This document shows positions 20,257 through 29,997 of a DNA stretch of 64,000 bases, piece by piece. A program made the translations under genes and the position numbers. Origin of the DNA: Cyanobacteria bacterium P01_D01_bin.156. GTDB lineage: Bacteria > Cyanobacteriota > Cyanobacteriia > Phormidesmidales > Phormidesmidaceae. The notes beneath the pieces were generated by a model. The model saw only the letters and a list, made by a program, of their open reading frames with translations, was not told the origin of the DNA and searched no databases. Each line of letters starts with the position of its first letter. Within the stretch, counting starts at the first letter, position 1. Where the stretch lies: NCBI GenBank assembly GCA_039024555.1, contig JBCCQQ010000001.1:192001-256000 (forward strand). Reading direction: 5' to 3'.

Positions 20257-22195
20257 TTTGACCAATGCCGAGCTGCCGCAAGAGCGGATGCTCCTTGACT
20301 ATGGGCAATATTTCTTGAAACCAAAGCCGGGCCATGTCTTCTTTGCCTTGCAACATAAGCAAACGACTACGGGTAAGCATTAGGCTCACCAAGTCGTTTT
20401 CTGTAATCTGCGCATGGGATAGCAATGGGGCTAGAACATTTTCTGCGGCTGCTAAATTCTCTTCTTGCAGGTAAAGCTGGGCGATCGCAATTCGGCTATC
20501 TACATCATTGGGATGCTGATCAATAATTTTTTGGGTCAACTGACGGGCATCGATGAGGCGGTCTTGATGGGTGTATGCGAGGGCTAAATTATTGAGTAAT
20601 ACTGGGTTGCTAGGTTCTAGTTCCAGAGCCTGCTGTAAATATTTCTCCGCAGTTTCGGCAGCTTTGGAAGATTCCAGAGCAATCTTCTTTTTAGCCTTAT
20701 CCAGTAATTCAGCAGCTTCTGGTGTCTGAGTTGAGGAAACTTCAGGTTCCAGAATATAGATGTCCAGAGGAGGATTTTCACACCACTCACCGTTAAGCCA
20801 GAACCTGGCAGTTTTTAATTTTTGGTGACGTGCTAGATAAGATGCCATGTGATAACGCTGTGAATCACTGCCGTCGGTACCAGCAATAAATTCGTTAACG
20901 GCCTGAACATGATCATCTGTTAGATGACTCTTAGTAATCACCATAGCGAGCATCCGGGCCCTGGGGCTGCCACGTTTTAACCAAACAGGTAATAGCTGAC
21001 TAACAAAGGGATACTGCTTAAGCAAATTCTCGACAGCACGAACTAGGAGAGGTTGAGGAGTACGGGCCGACGACATAGCGCGAACAACCTGCCGTAATTC
21101 TTGATAAACAGCATTTTCCACCCAACTATTGAGCTCAAATGGCCAAGGTCCTTCCTTAAAAGTGGACGTCATATCAAAATCATCCAGATTTTCCTTGGCC
21201 ACTGCCAGGTCAGGATAAAGTTCTAGGGCCAAACTCCACTGATGACGCGCGGCTCTGAGTTCACCTTGACGGACTAAGGCCACAGCGACCAAATGGTGAA
21301 ATAACCCGGATACTAAAGAACGATTATCCTTTTGCGGATCTGGAGGTACGGTGTCCAGCAGATTTACAAGGCTGGTCATGTCATCCAAATAAGCCAATGC
21401 TTCTGCCTTGCGAGTGAGGTCATTGGCATCTGTACTGCCATTTGCTAGGAGTCGTTCTCTGTGGATTTCAGCATCGCTAAAATTGCCCCGTAAGCAGAGA
21501 AATCGGACGAGATTTGCACGTAATACAAGACTATCGGGATAGTTTTGCAGGGAGGATTCCAGTGTCGCGATCGCATTTTCGTACTGATCGTCAGCCATAT
21601 AGGCCAGAGCTAAGCAGTTGTATCCTGGTACAAACTCAGGGCGTTGCTCGATGAGTAACTGAGCTGAGTCAATTGCTTTAGCTGCCTGACTCGTTTCTGT
21701 ATAGGCCCGGGTACGTTCGTAGAGAATACCAAAGTCCCAATCGTCGGGATATTGCAATTCAAGATTGTCTAGAGCTTCCGATAAATTCGGCTCGATCACC
21801 GCTAAATGTTCTTTACCGTCCACCGCACCTGGATGATCAGGCCACCGCTCAATGGCCTGCCGATATTGTTGAACACCGAGGAGTGGATAGTAGTTGAGCA
21901 TATAGGCATGGCCCAGCAAAAAGTTAACCCGGGCATCGTTGGGTTTTAGGGCTAAAAACTGCTCACATGTGGCCTGGTACTGATAAAGCTGACCTAATTC
22001 ATAATGCACTGCTAGCAGATGGGCCAAAACATCCATATTTTCAGGATTAGACTCTCGAAGCCGTGCTAGAAGAGAATAGGCATCGGTCCAGTGTTCCCGC
22101 CGGATCAAGGCATCTGCATGGGCTAGCTCCGTCAATAGTGACTGATGGCCAAAACCGCGATTCACCTGGGTTTTCTTTCTAGTTTTCCGAGCCAT
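20252..22195 (-). CDS. Tetratricopeptide repeat protein
   Basis: Repeated TPR-like helices (A...Y..AL...P; LNNLALAY; YNCLALAY). Confidence 0.85.
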   Translation of the reverse strand: MARKTRKKTQVNRGFGHQSLLTELAHADALIRREHWTDAYSLLARLRESNPENMDVLAHLLAVHYELGQLYQYQATCEQFLALKPNDARVNFLLGHAYMLNYYPLLGVQQYRQAIERWPDHPGAVDGKEHLAVIEPNLSEALDNLELQYPDDWDFGILYERTRAYTETSQAAKAIDSAQLLIEQRPEFVPGYNCLALAYMADDQYENAIATLESSLQNYPDSLVLRANLVRFLCLRGNFSDAEIHRERLLANGSTDANDLTRKAEALAYLDDMTSLVNLLDTVPPDPQKDNRSLVSGLFHHLVAVALVRQGELRAARHQWSLALELYPDLAVAKENLDDFDMTSTFKEGPWPFELNSWVENAVYQELRQVVRAMSSARTPQPLLVRAVENLLKQYPFVSQLLPVWLKRGSPRARMLAMVITKSHLTDDHVQAVNEFIAGTDGSDSQRYHMASYLARHQKLKTARFWLNGEWCENPPLDIYILEPEVSSTQTPEAAELLDKAKKKIALESSKAAETAEKYLQQALELEPSNPVLLNNLALAYTHQDRLIDARQLTQKIIDQHPNDVDSRIAIAQLYLQEENLAAAENVLAPLLSHAQITENDLVSLMLTRSRLLMLQGKEDMARLWFQEILPIVKEHPLLRQLGIGQK

Positions 22196-22326
22196 CGTTC
22201 GCCTACTCCCTCAATCTGCAACGCCGTTGCCATCACCTTAAGCGTCTAGGGGTGTTTACAAGTCAGAGTTTATAAAAGGTTTAGCAAGTTCTCTTACATG
22301 TCTATCGCTTGATATACACAACAGCA

Positions 22327-23079
22327 ATGCCTTCTTCCAGTTGGTCCGGTCGTCATCACGATAAAGATGCTTTGCGATCGCGGATTTGGTCTACCCTAAA
22401 GGCCCACAAAGCCACGCGACGGGATCCAGTAGGACATATCCCAAACTTTATAGGGGCAGACATCGCTGCAGAACGTCTAGCCGCTACTGAACTATGGCAA
22501 CAGGCTCAGGTTATTAAGTGCAACCCCGACTCACCCCATACAGCCGTGCGATTGCGCGCGTTAGCTGACGGCAAAACCCTTTACATGGCAGTGCCCCGCC
22601 TTGCCCGTAAAAAATGTTTTGTGGAATTGACCGCCACAGCTTTGAGAGCAAAGGGCATTGCCCCAGAAACAGCAGCCACTATGCGTGGTGCCATGGACCA
22701 TGGCCAACTCGTTGCCTTTGACGAAATGCACGCCATTGATTTAGTGGTGGTGGGTTGTGTGGCAGTCGCCCTAACAGGTGGACGCACAGGCAAAGGAGCA
22801 GGCTTTGCTGATTTGGAATTGGCCATGCTGCGACAATGCAATTTGGTCACAGACAAGACGCCCATCGTTACCACTGTCCACGACCTACAAATCGTTGATG
22901 GCACCGAACTACCCATGCAAAAGCATGATTGGGGACTGGACTTGATTGTCACCCCCACTCAGTGTTTCACAACCCAAAATCGTTACCCTAAACCTACTGG
23001 ACTAGATTGGGATACGATTCAACCGGATCAGATTGCACGTATTCCCATCCTACGGCTCTGGTCTCAGCAACGTAACTAA
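22327..23079 (+). CDS. 5-formyltetrahydrofolate cyclo-ligase family protein (MTHFSD-like subgroup)
   Basis: IPNFIGA, KCNPDSP, YMAVPRL, G.R.GKGAGFADLE, TTVHDLQ, HD..LD.IVTP. Confidence 0.85.
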   Translation: MPSSSWSGRHHDKDALRSRIWSTLKAHKATRRDPVGHIPNFIGADIAAERLAATELWQQAQVIKCNPDSPHTAVRLRALADGKTLYMAVPRLARKKCFVELTATALRAKGIAPETAATMRGAMDHGQLVAFDEMHAIDLVVVGCVAVALTGGRTGKGAGFADLELAMLRQCNLVTDKTPIVTTVHDLQIVDGTELPMQKHDWGLDLIVTPTQCFTTQNRYPKPTGLDWDTIQPDQIARIPILRLWSQQRN

Positions 23080-23107
23080 GCTGGCTATTTTCTAATTTGT
23101 ATTTGCC

Positions 23108-24094
23108 ATGGCATTGCCCCCCAGTCTATTAATTCGTACCGCTAAAACACTGTGGACCACCCTATGGCGCACAATGATGGCTCAAATGGCCCCTAGCAAT
23201 AGGAATGGAGAATATCAGCGACCAGTTAGTGCATTTTGCGATCGCATTCCTTCTGAAACCTTTCCAGCTGCCGCTGGGCGCTATCGTCTGATTGTTGGTA
23301 TGGGTTGCCCCTGGGCTCACCGCACATTGATTGTACGAGCCTTGAAGGGACTAGACCAAGTAATTCCTATCACTGTCGTTTCGCCAGCGGGTGAGCAAGG
23401 CTGTTGGGTATTTGATCACCCCTCTGCAACAGACTCCCTGAGTTGCCAGACCCTGCCACAGTTTTATAAGCGTTTACAACCAGGGTATAAGGGACGAGCT
23501 ACTGTCCCCGTTTTGTGGGATAGCCATACCAACACAATCGTCAATAATGAAAGTGCTGAGATTATCGAAATTCTAAATGCAGCCTTTGACATCTGGGCAA
23601 ATTATCCCAATTTAGATTTATACCCAGCTGCATTGCAAAGCGATATCAATCAATGGAATCAACATACATACACCGCTATCAATAACGGTGTATATCGATG
23701 CGGTTTTGCACAAACACAAACAGCCTACAAAGCTGCTTGTAACGAACTCTTTGATGCACTAGACACCATTGATAAAACCCTAGCGCAGCATCGTTACCTC
23801 TGCGGTAAGACGTTAACCCTGGCAGATGTCCGCTTGTTTACCACCCTGATCCGTTTTGATGTAGCCTACCACGATCTTTTCAAATGCAATCGCCACCGGA
23901 TAGCAGACTACAAGCATCTTAGCGAGTATGTACGAGACATCTACCAACTACCGGGTATTGCCAACACCTGTGATGTTGAAGCTATTAAGCGAGACTACTT
24001 TGGCAACCTATTCCCTCTGAATCCTGGAGGAATTATCCCTCTAGGACCAGACCTAACAAGCCTTGAACAGCCGCACAATCGCCACAAGTTTTGA
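23108..24094 (+). CDS. Glutathionyl-hydroquinone reductase (YqjG / GST Xi class)
   Basis: CPWAHR, TVPVLWD, IVNNESAEI, NNGVYRCGFA, LFTTLIRFD.Y, NPGGIIPLGP. Confidence 0.9.
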   Translation: MALPPSLLIRTAKTLWTTLWRTMMAQMAPSNRNGEYQRPVSAFCDRIPSETFPAAAGRYRLIVGMGCPWAHRTLIVRALKGLDQVIPITVVSPAGEQGCWVFDHPSATDSLSCQTLPQFYKRLQPGYKGRATVPVLWDSHTNTIVNNESAEIIEILNAAFDIWANYPNLDLYPAALQSDINQWNQHTYTAINNGVYRCGFAQTQTAYKAACNELFDALDTIDKTLAQHRYLCGKTLTLADVRLFTTLIRFDVAYHDLFKCNRHRIADYKHLSEYVRDIYQLPGIANTCDVEAIKRDYFGNLFPLNPGGIIPLGPDLTSLEQPHNRHKF

Positions 24095-24128
24095 AAACAG
24101 AGGTTTGCTTATCCTAGGTAGAACAACC

Positions 24129-24647
24129 TTAATCCTTCTCGATATGACGTTTTACAGAATTCAAATCAATATATCGATCGGTCGCATTGCGCAGTTCCCT
24201 TGCAATCATTCCTTCTGTGGACACAACGGTGATGTGAGTATTTTTGGAGCGCAGTAACTCGATAGCTCGCTCAAAGTCACCATCCCCACTAAACAAAACA
24301 ACCCGGTCATACTGAGCGGCTGTGTTGAACATATCAATAACAATTTCAATATCTAAATTAGCTTTTTGGGAGTAACGTCCAGAGTTATCGTCATAGTACT
24401 CCTTTAGAATTTTTGTGCGTACCGTATATCCCAGGCTAATTAAGGCATCGCGAAACCCGCGCTGGTCTTGAGGATCTTTAAGCCCTGTGTACCAAAAAGC
24501 ATTGATTAATGTAGACGGGACTGTTTCGTGGGTAAAGTACTCAAGCACACGTTTAGGGTCAAAAAACCAGCCATTTTTCTGCTGGGCGTAAAACATGTTA
24601 TTGCCATCTACAAATATAGAAAGGCGACTTAACGGTTGCGTATGCAT
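24129..24647 (-). CDS. labA: LabA-family NYN domain protein (circadian output regulator)
   Basis: IFVDGNNMFYAQQKNGWFFDP, QKANLDIEIVIDM, FSGDGDFERA, IARELRNATDRYIDL. Confidence 0.88.
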   Translation of the reverse strand: MHTQPLSRLSIFVDGNNMFYAQQKNGWFFDPKRVLEYFTHETVPSTLINAFWYTGLKDPQDQRGFRDALISLGYTVRTKILKEYYDDNSGRYSQKANLDIEIVIDMFNTAAQYDRVVLFSGDGDFERAIELLRSKNTHITVVSTEGMIARELRNATDRYIDLNSVKRHIEKD

Positions 24648-24720
24648 AGAAATTAAAACAATAAGAGTAATTAACCACTAGAGGATTGCCACCGAGACGA
24701 TTCGTTGACAAAACTCGCCA

Positions 24721-24762
24721 GAAATAGACTGAAACGTAAGTGAAATAGACTGAAACGTAAAT
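24721..24762. repeat. 21-bp tandem duplication upstream of labA
   Basis: GAAATAGACTGAAACGTAAGT / GAAATAGACTGAAACGTAAAT. Confidence 0.85.
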
Positions 24763-25545
24763 ATAAGAACAGAAAGCAAATGCATAGCTATTGATGCGGT
24801 TGCTGAAGCTGATTCAAAAGTAATCTTTATAAGATAATAAGAATGTGAACAGCGGCTAGCCAACAACCACAGCGAATAACCTAATACTGAGCTTTACAGT
24901 GACAATATACATATGAGCAAAAGTGTAGATATTCTTGCACCAGCGCATAACTTAATGAGTCAAAGGCATTGCTAGAGTCAGAAATCATAGAAGAAGTTTC
25001 AATAGGTTTTAATCCATAACTTTTCAATCAGGACACAACCTGTCAGTGCATAAATTGGTTTTTGCTATGTATCAATCGATCTATGAGGATAAAGAGTAGC
25101 CTAAATTAGGCTTCATATTACCACTGACCATAGATACTCATAATTTGCTCCTCTAATCAGCACCACCTACAAGAAAGACAAGTTACTACTATAAGGCAGA
25201 TCTGATTATCTTGCGGGGCGAGACCACAACTCAGCTTGTCGTCATTGGAATTCAGAGTACACAAGCCCAGACATGGATAACATGCAACACAGTATGTTTC
25301 CTACAGAAAGACTAATATTACTCCATCACCTGAGTAATATTAGCTACAGCCAACGGAAACAGTTAGCCAGTAATTATAGTCGTAATAATATCGCATACTT
25401 TTATGTAATCTATGCACTCCACTACGCAGGTCCTGAAAAACGCTGGATTCTTTATTCCACAATAGATAAAGAGCTAATAGATTTAGGACTGCACTCTCTG
25501 GTAGCTGTATAAGCCAAGTATTTTAAGACACACACGTTTATCCGT

Positions 25546-27945
25546 ATGAAGCACGATGACGTTGATGTTACGGTTACGCTTACTTCTCAAGATCGTCTCC
25601 GCAATCGTATATCAACAATCAGTTTTGCGAAACGCTGGAGAGCCTATTTGAATGGGTTTTTAATTGGTCTAGCCGCGCTTGCAACCGGCAGCGAGTTAGG
25701 TGTCGTACGTTCATTAGAAAGCCAAGGTCAGGCTTTGATGTGGGAAGTCCGAGGTTCCACAGCGGCTCCAGAAGATATCGTCATACTAGCAATCGATGAA
25801 GAGTCATTATCTCAAGGGCAACATTATTTGGATGAACCGGAGGCATATCCAGAGTTAGCAGCTATTAGTTCTTGGCCGTGGCCAAGGGCAACTTATGCTG
25901 CAGCTGTGGATAAGCTCTTAGCAGCAGGTGCGGATGCTGTGGCACTGGATATTGTTTTTGCCCAACCTAGTAGTTACGGCCCAGAAGATGATCGCGCCTT
26001 CAGGGAGGTATTGGCTCAAAAAGGTGAGCGAGTGGTGCTAGCGGCAGAATACGGAGATGTAGATTTACGTCAGGGCTCATTACTGCAGCCAACACTGCCC
26101 TTACCGGACCTACGTGAAACTCCAGTTAACGTAGGTGCTATTAACTTCCCCATAGAACCTAATGGTAAGATTCATCGTCTAAGTCGAGAGTTCTTAAATC
26201 ATCTGCGGGAAGTTGAGGCAAATTTTCTTGGGATAGACTTTTTGGCTGAGACCGGAGAGCCTCGTGTACTTAGTTTTTCTGAAGCCACACTAGAAGCAGC
26301 ACAAGCGGACTACGCACAAGATCATCGAGACCACATCTTCTTTCACGGTCCTGGTAAAACGTTTCAACATGTACCCTTTTGGTACATTCTAGACAACCAA
26401 CTGTGGCAATCTCAGCTTGATAACGGGCGTTTTTTCAAGGATAAAATCATTCTGATTGGTTCTACAGCAGCACTCCTACAAGATTTTCACGCGGCTCCTT
26501 TTTCCAGTGGATTTCTTTACTCTGAACCAATGGCTGGCGTAGAGATTTTAGCAAATACCGTTGCGAGTCTTCGAGATGATTTGGTGCTGTATTCAGTAGC
26601 GCAGCGTTCATGGATGAGCGCATTCATAGTTGCTGGATGGTTAGGAGGAATGGCGATTTTTACAAGCCGAATTTCGTCGCGACAACCTTTACGCCGTGTA
26701 ATGTTAGCGGCTATTGGTGCAGTTATTTGGGGTGGAATTGGATTCCTGCTGTTTACGTTAGGTGGACTTATTCTCCCTATGGCAGTTCCTATTTTAGGCG
26801 TCTTAGGATTTGCGACAGCAGATGCTGCCATCGGATTATTCAGTGAGCAACTTCAGAAGAAAAATTTACGCAATACCTTAGCACGCTATGTTACCTCACC
26901 CATTGTTCAGGAAATCATTAGCCAACAGGACGATCTCAAAGATTTGCTGACTGTCCATGAAAGTGAAATGATTGGAAAGTTACTCAGCGATCGCTACCGA
27001 ATTAAGAAAATTCTAGGCTCAGGTGGATTCGGAGAAACTTACCTAGCTGAAGATATGCAACGACCTGGTAATCCGGTGTGTGTCGTCAAACAGCTAAAAA
27101 TCGTTAGTGATAATCCTAAGGCACACTCATTAGCACAACGCTTATTTTCATCAGAGGCAGCCACCTTAGAACGGCTAGGGGAACACGATCAAATACCTCG
27201 TTTGTTAGCTTATTTTGAAGCAAGTTATTCGTTCTATTTAGTCCAGGAAATGATTGATGGGACCCTGCTAAGGGAGCACCTCGATCCACGCAATCCCATG
27301 TCACAACGGGCCGTAGCAGAGTTTTTAATGGATTTACTACCAGTCATTAAAGCTGTTCATGGGCAGGGAGTAATTCATCGTGATATCAAGCCCTCCAATA
27401 TCATCGTTCGACATAGCGATGAGCGCTATGTCTTGATCGATTTTGGAGCTGTCAAACAAATATCCAATCGTTTAACAGATACCAATGCCCGCATTACGTC
27501 TACGGTTGGTATTGGCACCCAGGGATATATGCCCAGTGAACAATCAGCTGGATTACCAAACTTCAGTAGTGACATCTATGCCTTGGGTGTAACAGCCATA
27601 GAGGCACTTACTGGCTTACCTCCCCATGCTCTTCAGAGGGACAGCAACGGTGAAATTAAGTGGACTCACAAGGTGCCGGACTTAGAGCCTGGATTAGCAA
27701 GCGTAATTGAAAAAATGGTGCGCTATGACTTTAATCAGAGATATTCTAATGCGGGTGAAGTGTTAACGGCATTACGACAGCTAAGCTTCAATATTCTATC
27801 GACAGAGGCCCCTAAGTACTCAAAACTAGCAGCTGAATCAATGGCACCTGAAGATACTAAACTGACAACGATGATTTTGCCAACAGACTGGGATAAAAAC
27901 TATAAAAGGCCAAACGATACAACAGCGATTGATGACAATAATTAG
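25546..27945 (+). CDS. CHASE2-domain membrane Ser/Thr protein kinase
   Basis: DIVILAIDEES, WPWPRA.YA, LDIVF..P, KDKIILIG.TA, M.GVEI.AN (CHASE2); three TM helices; GSGGFG, VVK, HRDIKPSN, DFG, GTQGYMPSEQ. Confidence 0.93.
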   Translation: MKHDDVDVTVTLTSQDRLRNRISTISFAKRWRAYLNGFLIGLAALATGSELGVVRSLESQGQALMWEVRGSTAAPEDIVILAIDEESLSQGQHYLDEPEAYPELAAISSWPWPRATYAAAVDKLLAAGADAVALDIVFAQPSSYGPEDDRAFREVLAQKGERVVLAAEYGDVDLRQGSLLQPTLPLPDLRETPVNVGAINFPIEPNGKIHRLSREFLNHLREVEANFLGIDFLAETGEPRVLSFSEATLEAAQADYAQDHRDHIFFHGPGKTFQHVPFWYILDNQLWQSQLDNGRFFKDKIILIGSTAALLQDFHAAPFSSGFLYSEPMAGVEILANTVASLRDDLVLYSVAQRSWMSAFIVAGWLGGMAIFTSRISSRQPLRRVMLAAIGAVIWGGIGFLLFTLGGLILPMAVPILGVLGFATADAAIGLFSEQLQKKNLRNTLARYVTSPIVQEIISQQDDLKDLLTVHESEMIGKLLSDRYRIKKILGSGGFGETYLAEDMQRPGNPVCVVKQLKIVSDNPKAHSLAQRLFSSEAATLERLGEHDQIPRLLAYFEASYSFYLVQEMIDGTLLREHLDPRNPMSQRAVAEFLMDLLPVIKAVHGQGVIHRDIKPSNIIVRHSDERYVLIDFGAVKQISNRLTDTNARITSTVGIGTQGYMPSEQSAGLPNFSSDIYALGVTAIEALTGLPPHALQRDSNGEIKWTHKVPDLEPGLASVIEKMVRYDFNQRYSNAGEVLTALRQLSFNILSTEAPKYSKLAAESMAPEDTKLTTMILPTDWDKNYKRPNDTTAIDDNN

Positions 27946-28054
27946 ATGCTTAGATAATCAGGCTTATTAAGGGAATAGATTGCTCTATCTAGAAAGAGCA
28001 CAAGTTGAGAGTCCAGTAGCGATTACTCTATAACTGGCTACGGTAGCAATCTCA

Positions 28055-29650
28055 TCAATTACCAGAAATATCATTTTCACTATCAATAATTTCAAGCTGA
28101 AGCCCAGCAGGTAAATCATCAGGCGGTGAGTCAGTAGCACCTTCAACATTAAACCCAAAATCTTGGCTATCGGCTGGTGCACGCTCCGCCGATGGCAAGC
28201 TATCGGCTGGAATATTTGATACACCGCTATCCACGATTGACGCACTAGAATCTACAGATAAAGTATTGTCTGGAATAGCAGATGGACCACCATTCACTAC
28301 CGACAAACCGGAATCTACGGATGAAGTATCGCCTGGAATATTAGATAGACCACTATCCACGATTGACGAACTGGAATCTACAGATAAAGTACTGTCTGGA
28401 ATAGTAGATGGACCGCCATTCACTACCGACAAACCGGAATCCACGGATGAAGTATCGCCTGGAATATTCGATAAACCACTATCCACTATCGACAAACTAG
28501 AATCTGCAGAGGGACCTACAACTAATGGTCTAGCTATGGGTTCTGATGCATTAGAGACTGATGGATTTGACACTACCTGCCGATTGTTGTCAAACCGTCG
28601 AGCAGCTCTCGAACTGGTGATTGGTGCAGTCAGGTTAGTATTATCTGATTCACTCTGAACCACAGGGCTACTATCCGGGGCATAGCCACGAGCTGGCTGT
28701 AATGTAGTAGCGGTAATCTGCGGAGTAGAGCTGTGAAAAACAGCAGCAGGAGAAGACTCAAAGGATGGAAAACCTGAGAATGCAACCACATCGAGGCCTT
28801 CCAGCTCTAGCTCAGTAACATTTGCGATCGCAGGTGTAACAATTTCAGGATTTACGACAATCTGCTCAGAAGAGCCATACTCGTCAAAATTTCCCTGCAG
28901 CTCTAAAGCATCCTGAATTTCTAGCCACACATCATGCAGATCATCCGACAAACTAGCTGGAGGAGTTTCACTATCTAAATCTAAACCTTTAGCTAAGCCA
29001 CTAGTTTGGTAGAAGGTACGCAAGTCAAATTCCAAACTCTCAGTGATGGTGTCACCTTCAATAATCACCATTTCTCCAGCATAAAGAGCTTGTTGCTGAT
29101 TACCGCTACCATTGAAGGCCATCATCGCACCAGCGGAATTGTTAGTCAGAGCACCCACAATCGTTACTGGAGAAGCACATTGCCCTACATCAAAACCATC
29201 TGCTACGCAATGAACGCGCACAAACAGAGCAGATCCCTGAATACCCGTCACAGCATTAGGGGTTTGAATAGTTGTGCGCCCTTGTCCTGGCGGGATGAGC
29301 AGCAGTACAGTGCCATTGGAAAGCTGAAAATTACGAGTATCCGGGGTAAAACGAAACGTTGCCTGTTCACCAACCCGCGCTAATGAACCATCATTGAATC
29401 GTAATTCAGCCCGTGCCGATGTCGAGGTACGTAGAGCATCACCGATACTCATTAGATCTGAAACCCTAGCTCTTCGTGCACGTCGGCCGCTAGGAATGAG
29501 ATGAACTCTATTACGGAGGGTTTCAACCCTAGCCTGAGTGAGAGGCGTTTGAGCTAAGGCAATAGATGGCAAACCCAGCAAGGAAGCTGAGCCTAGCAAA
29601 AAAGAGTACCAGCGGGCAGAAACTTTGCACATACGAAGTAATGATTTCAT
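28055..29650 (-). CDS. Secreted FecR-domain protein with Ser-rich repetitive C-terminal tail
   Basis: Signal peptide; GD.LRT....RAELRFNDGSLARVGEQ..F, L.NGTVLLL, IQTPNAV.GIQGS. Confidence 0.85.
   Translation of the reverse strand: MKSLLRMCKVSARWYSFLLGSASLLGLPSIALAQTPLTQARVETLRNRVHLIPSGRRARRARVSDLMSIGDALRTSTSARAELRFNDGSLARVGEQATFRFTPDTRNFQLSNGTVLLLIPPGQGRTTIQTPNAVTGIQGSALFVRVHCVADGFDVGQCASPVTIVGALTNNSAGAMMAFNGSGNQQQALYAGEMVIIEGDTITESLEFDLRTFYQTSGLAKGLDLDSETPPASLSDDLHDVWLEIQDALELQGNFDEYGSSEQIVVNPEIVTPAIANVTELELEGLDVVAFSGFPSFESSPAAVFHSSTPQITATTLQPARGYAPDSSPVVQSESDNTNLTAPITSSRAARRFDNNRQVVSNPSVSNASEPIARPLVVGPSADSSLSIVDSGLSNIPGDTSSVDSGLSVVNGGPSTIPDSTLSVDSSSSIVDSGLSNIPGDTSSVDSGLSVVNGGPSAIPDNTLSVDSSASIVDSGVSNIPADSLPSAERAPADSQDFGFNVEGATDSPPDDLPAGLQLEIIDSENDISGN
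28200..28500 (-). repeat. Intragenic 126-bp (42-aa) repeat built from 7-aa units
   Basis: SIVDSGL-SNIPGDT-SSVDSGL-SVVNGGP-STIPDST-LSVDSSS, about 2.3 copies; DNA offset of 126 bp (28301 vs 28427). Confidence 0.9.
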
Positions 29651-29997
29651 GGGCAGAAGTTTGAACGATGCACCGAGCAGGTACTTTTACTCTGCTCCAC
29701 TAGTAATATTACCGAACTTTTCTGCATCGTGACCAGCACCATATTTATGATTCCTTTACAGTGTGGGCTGTTTTTTGTACTTCAGTCGGAGTTTTGAGGA
29801 ATAATTCGGAGTTTTTAATCGTTTGGTAGAAAATCCTAATTATTTAGTTTTGCCATACTAAACTCAGTGCTTCTAGAGATTTTAGTCAAAGCTATTGTTT
29901 CCTTATTGGGAGAAAATTACGTCATTCGGCAGTTGAGTTACGTTCAAAATGCTGATAGCAAGGTATATGAGTGTCTTAGCAGTGTGGAACGTTTGTA

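Noticed and set aside
24129..24647. NYN/PIN nuclease as a toxin or defence gene
   Set aside because: Sequence matches the conserved housekeeping LabA type; no antitoxin or defence neighbours
25273..25512. 79-aa ORF upstream of the CHASE2 kinase
   Set aside because: AT-rich intergenic sequence with no motif or clear RBS; unsupported
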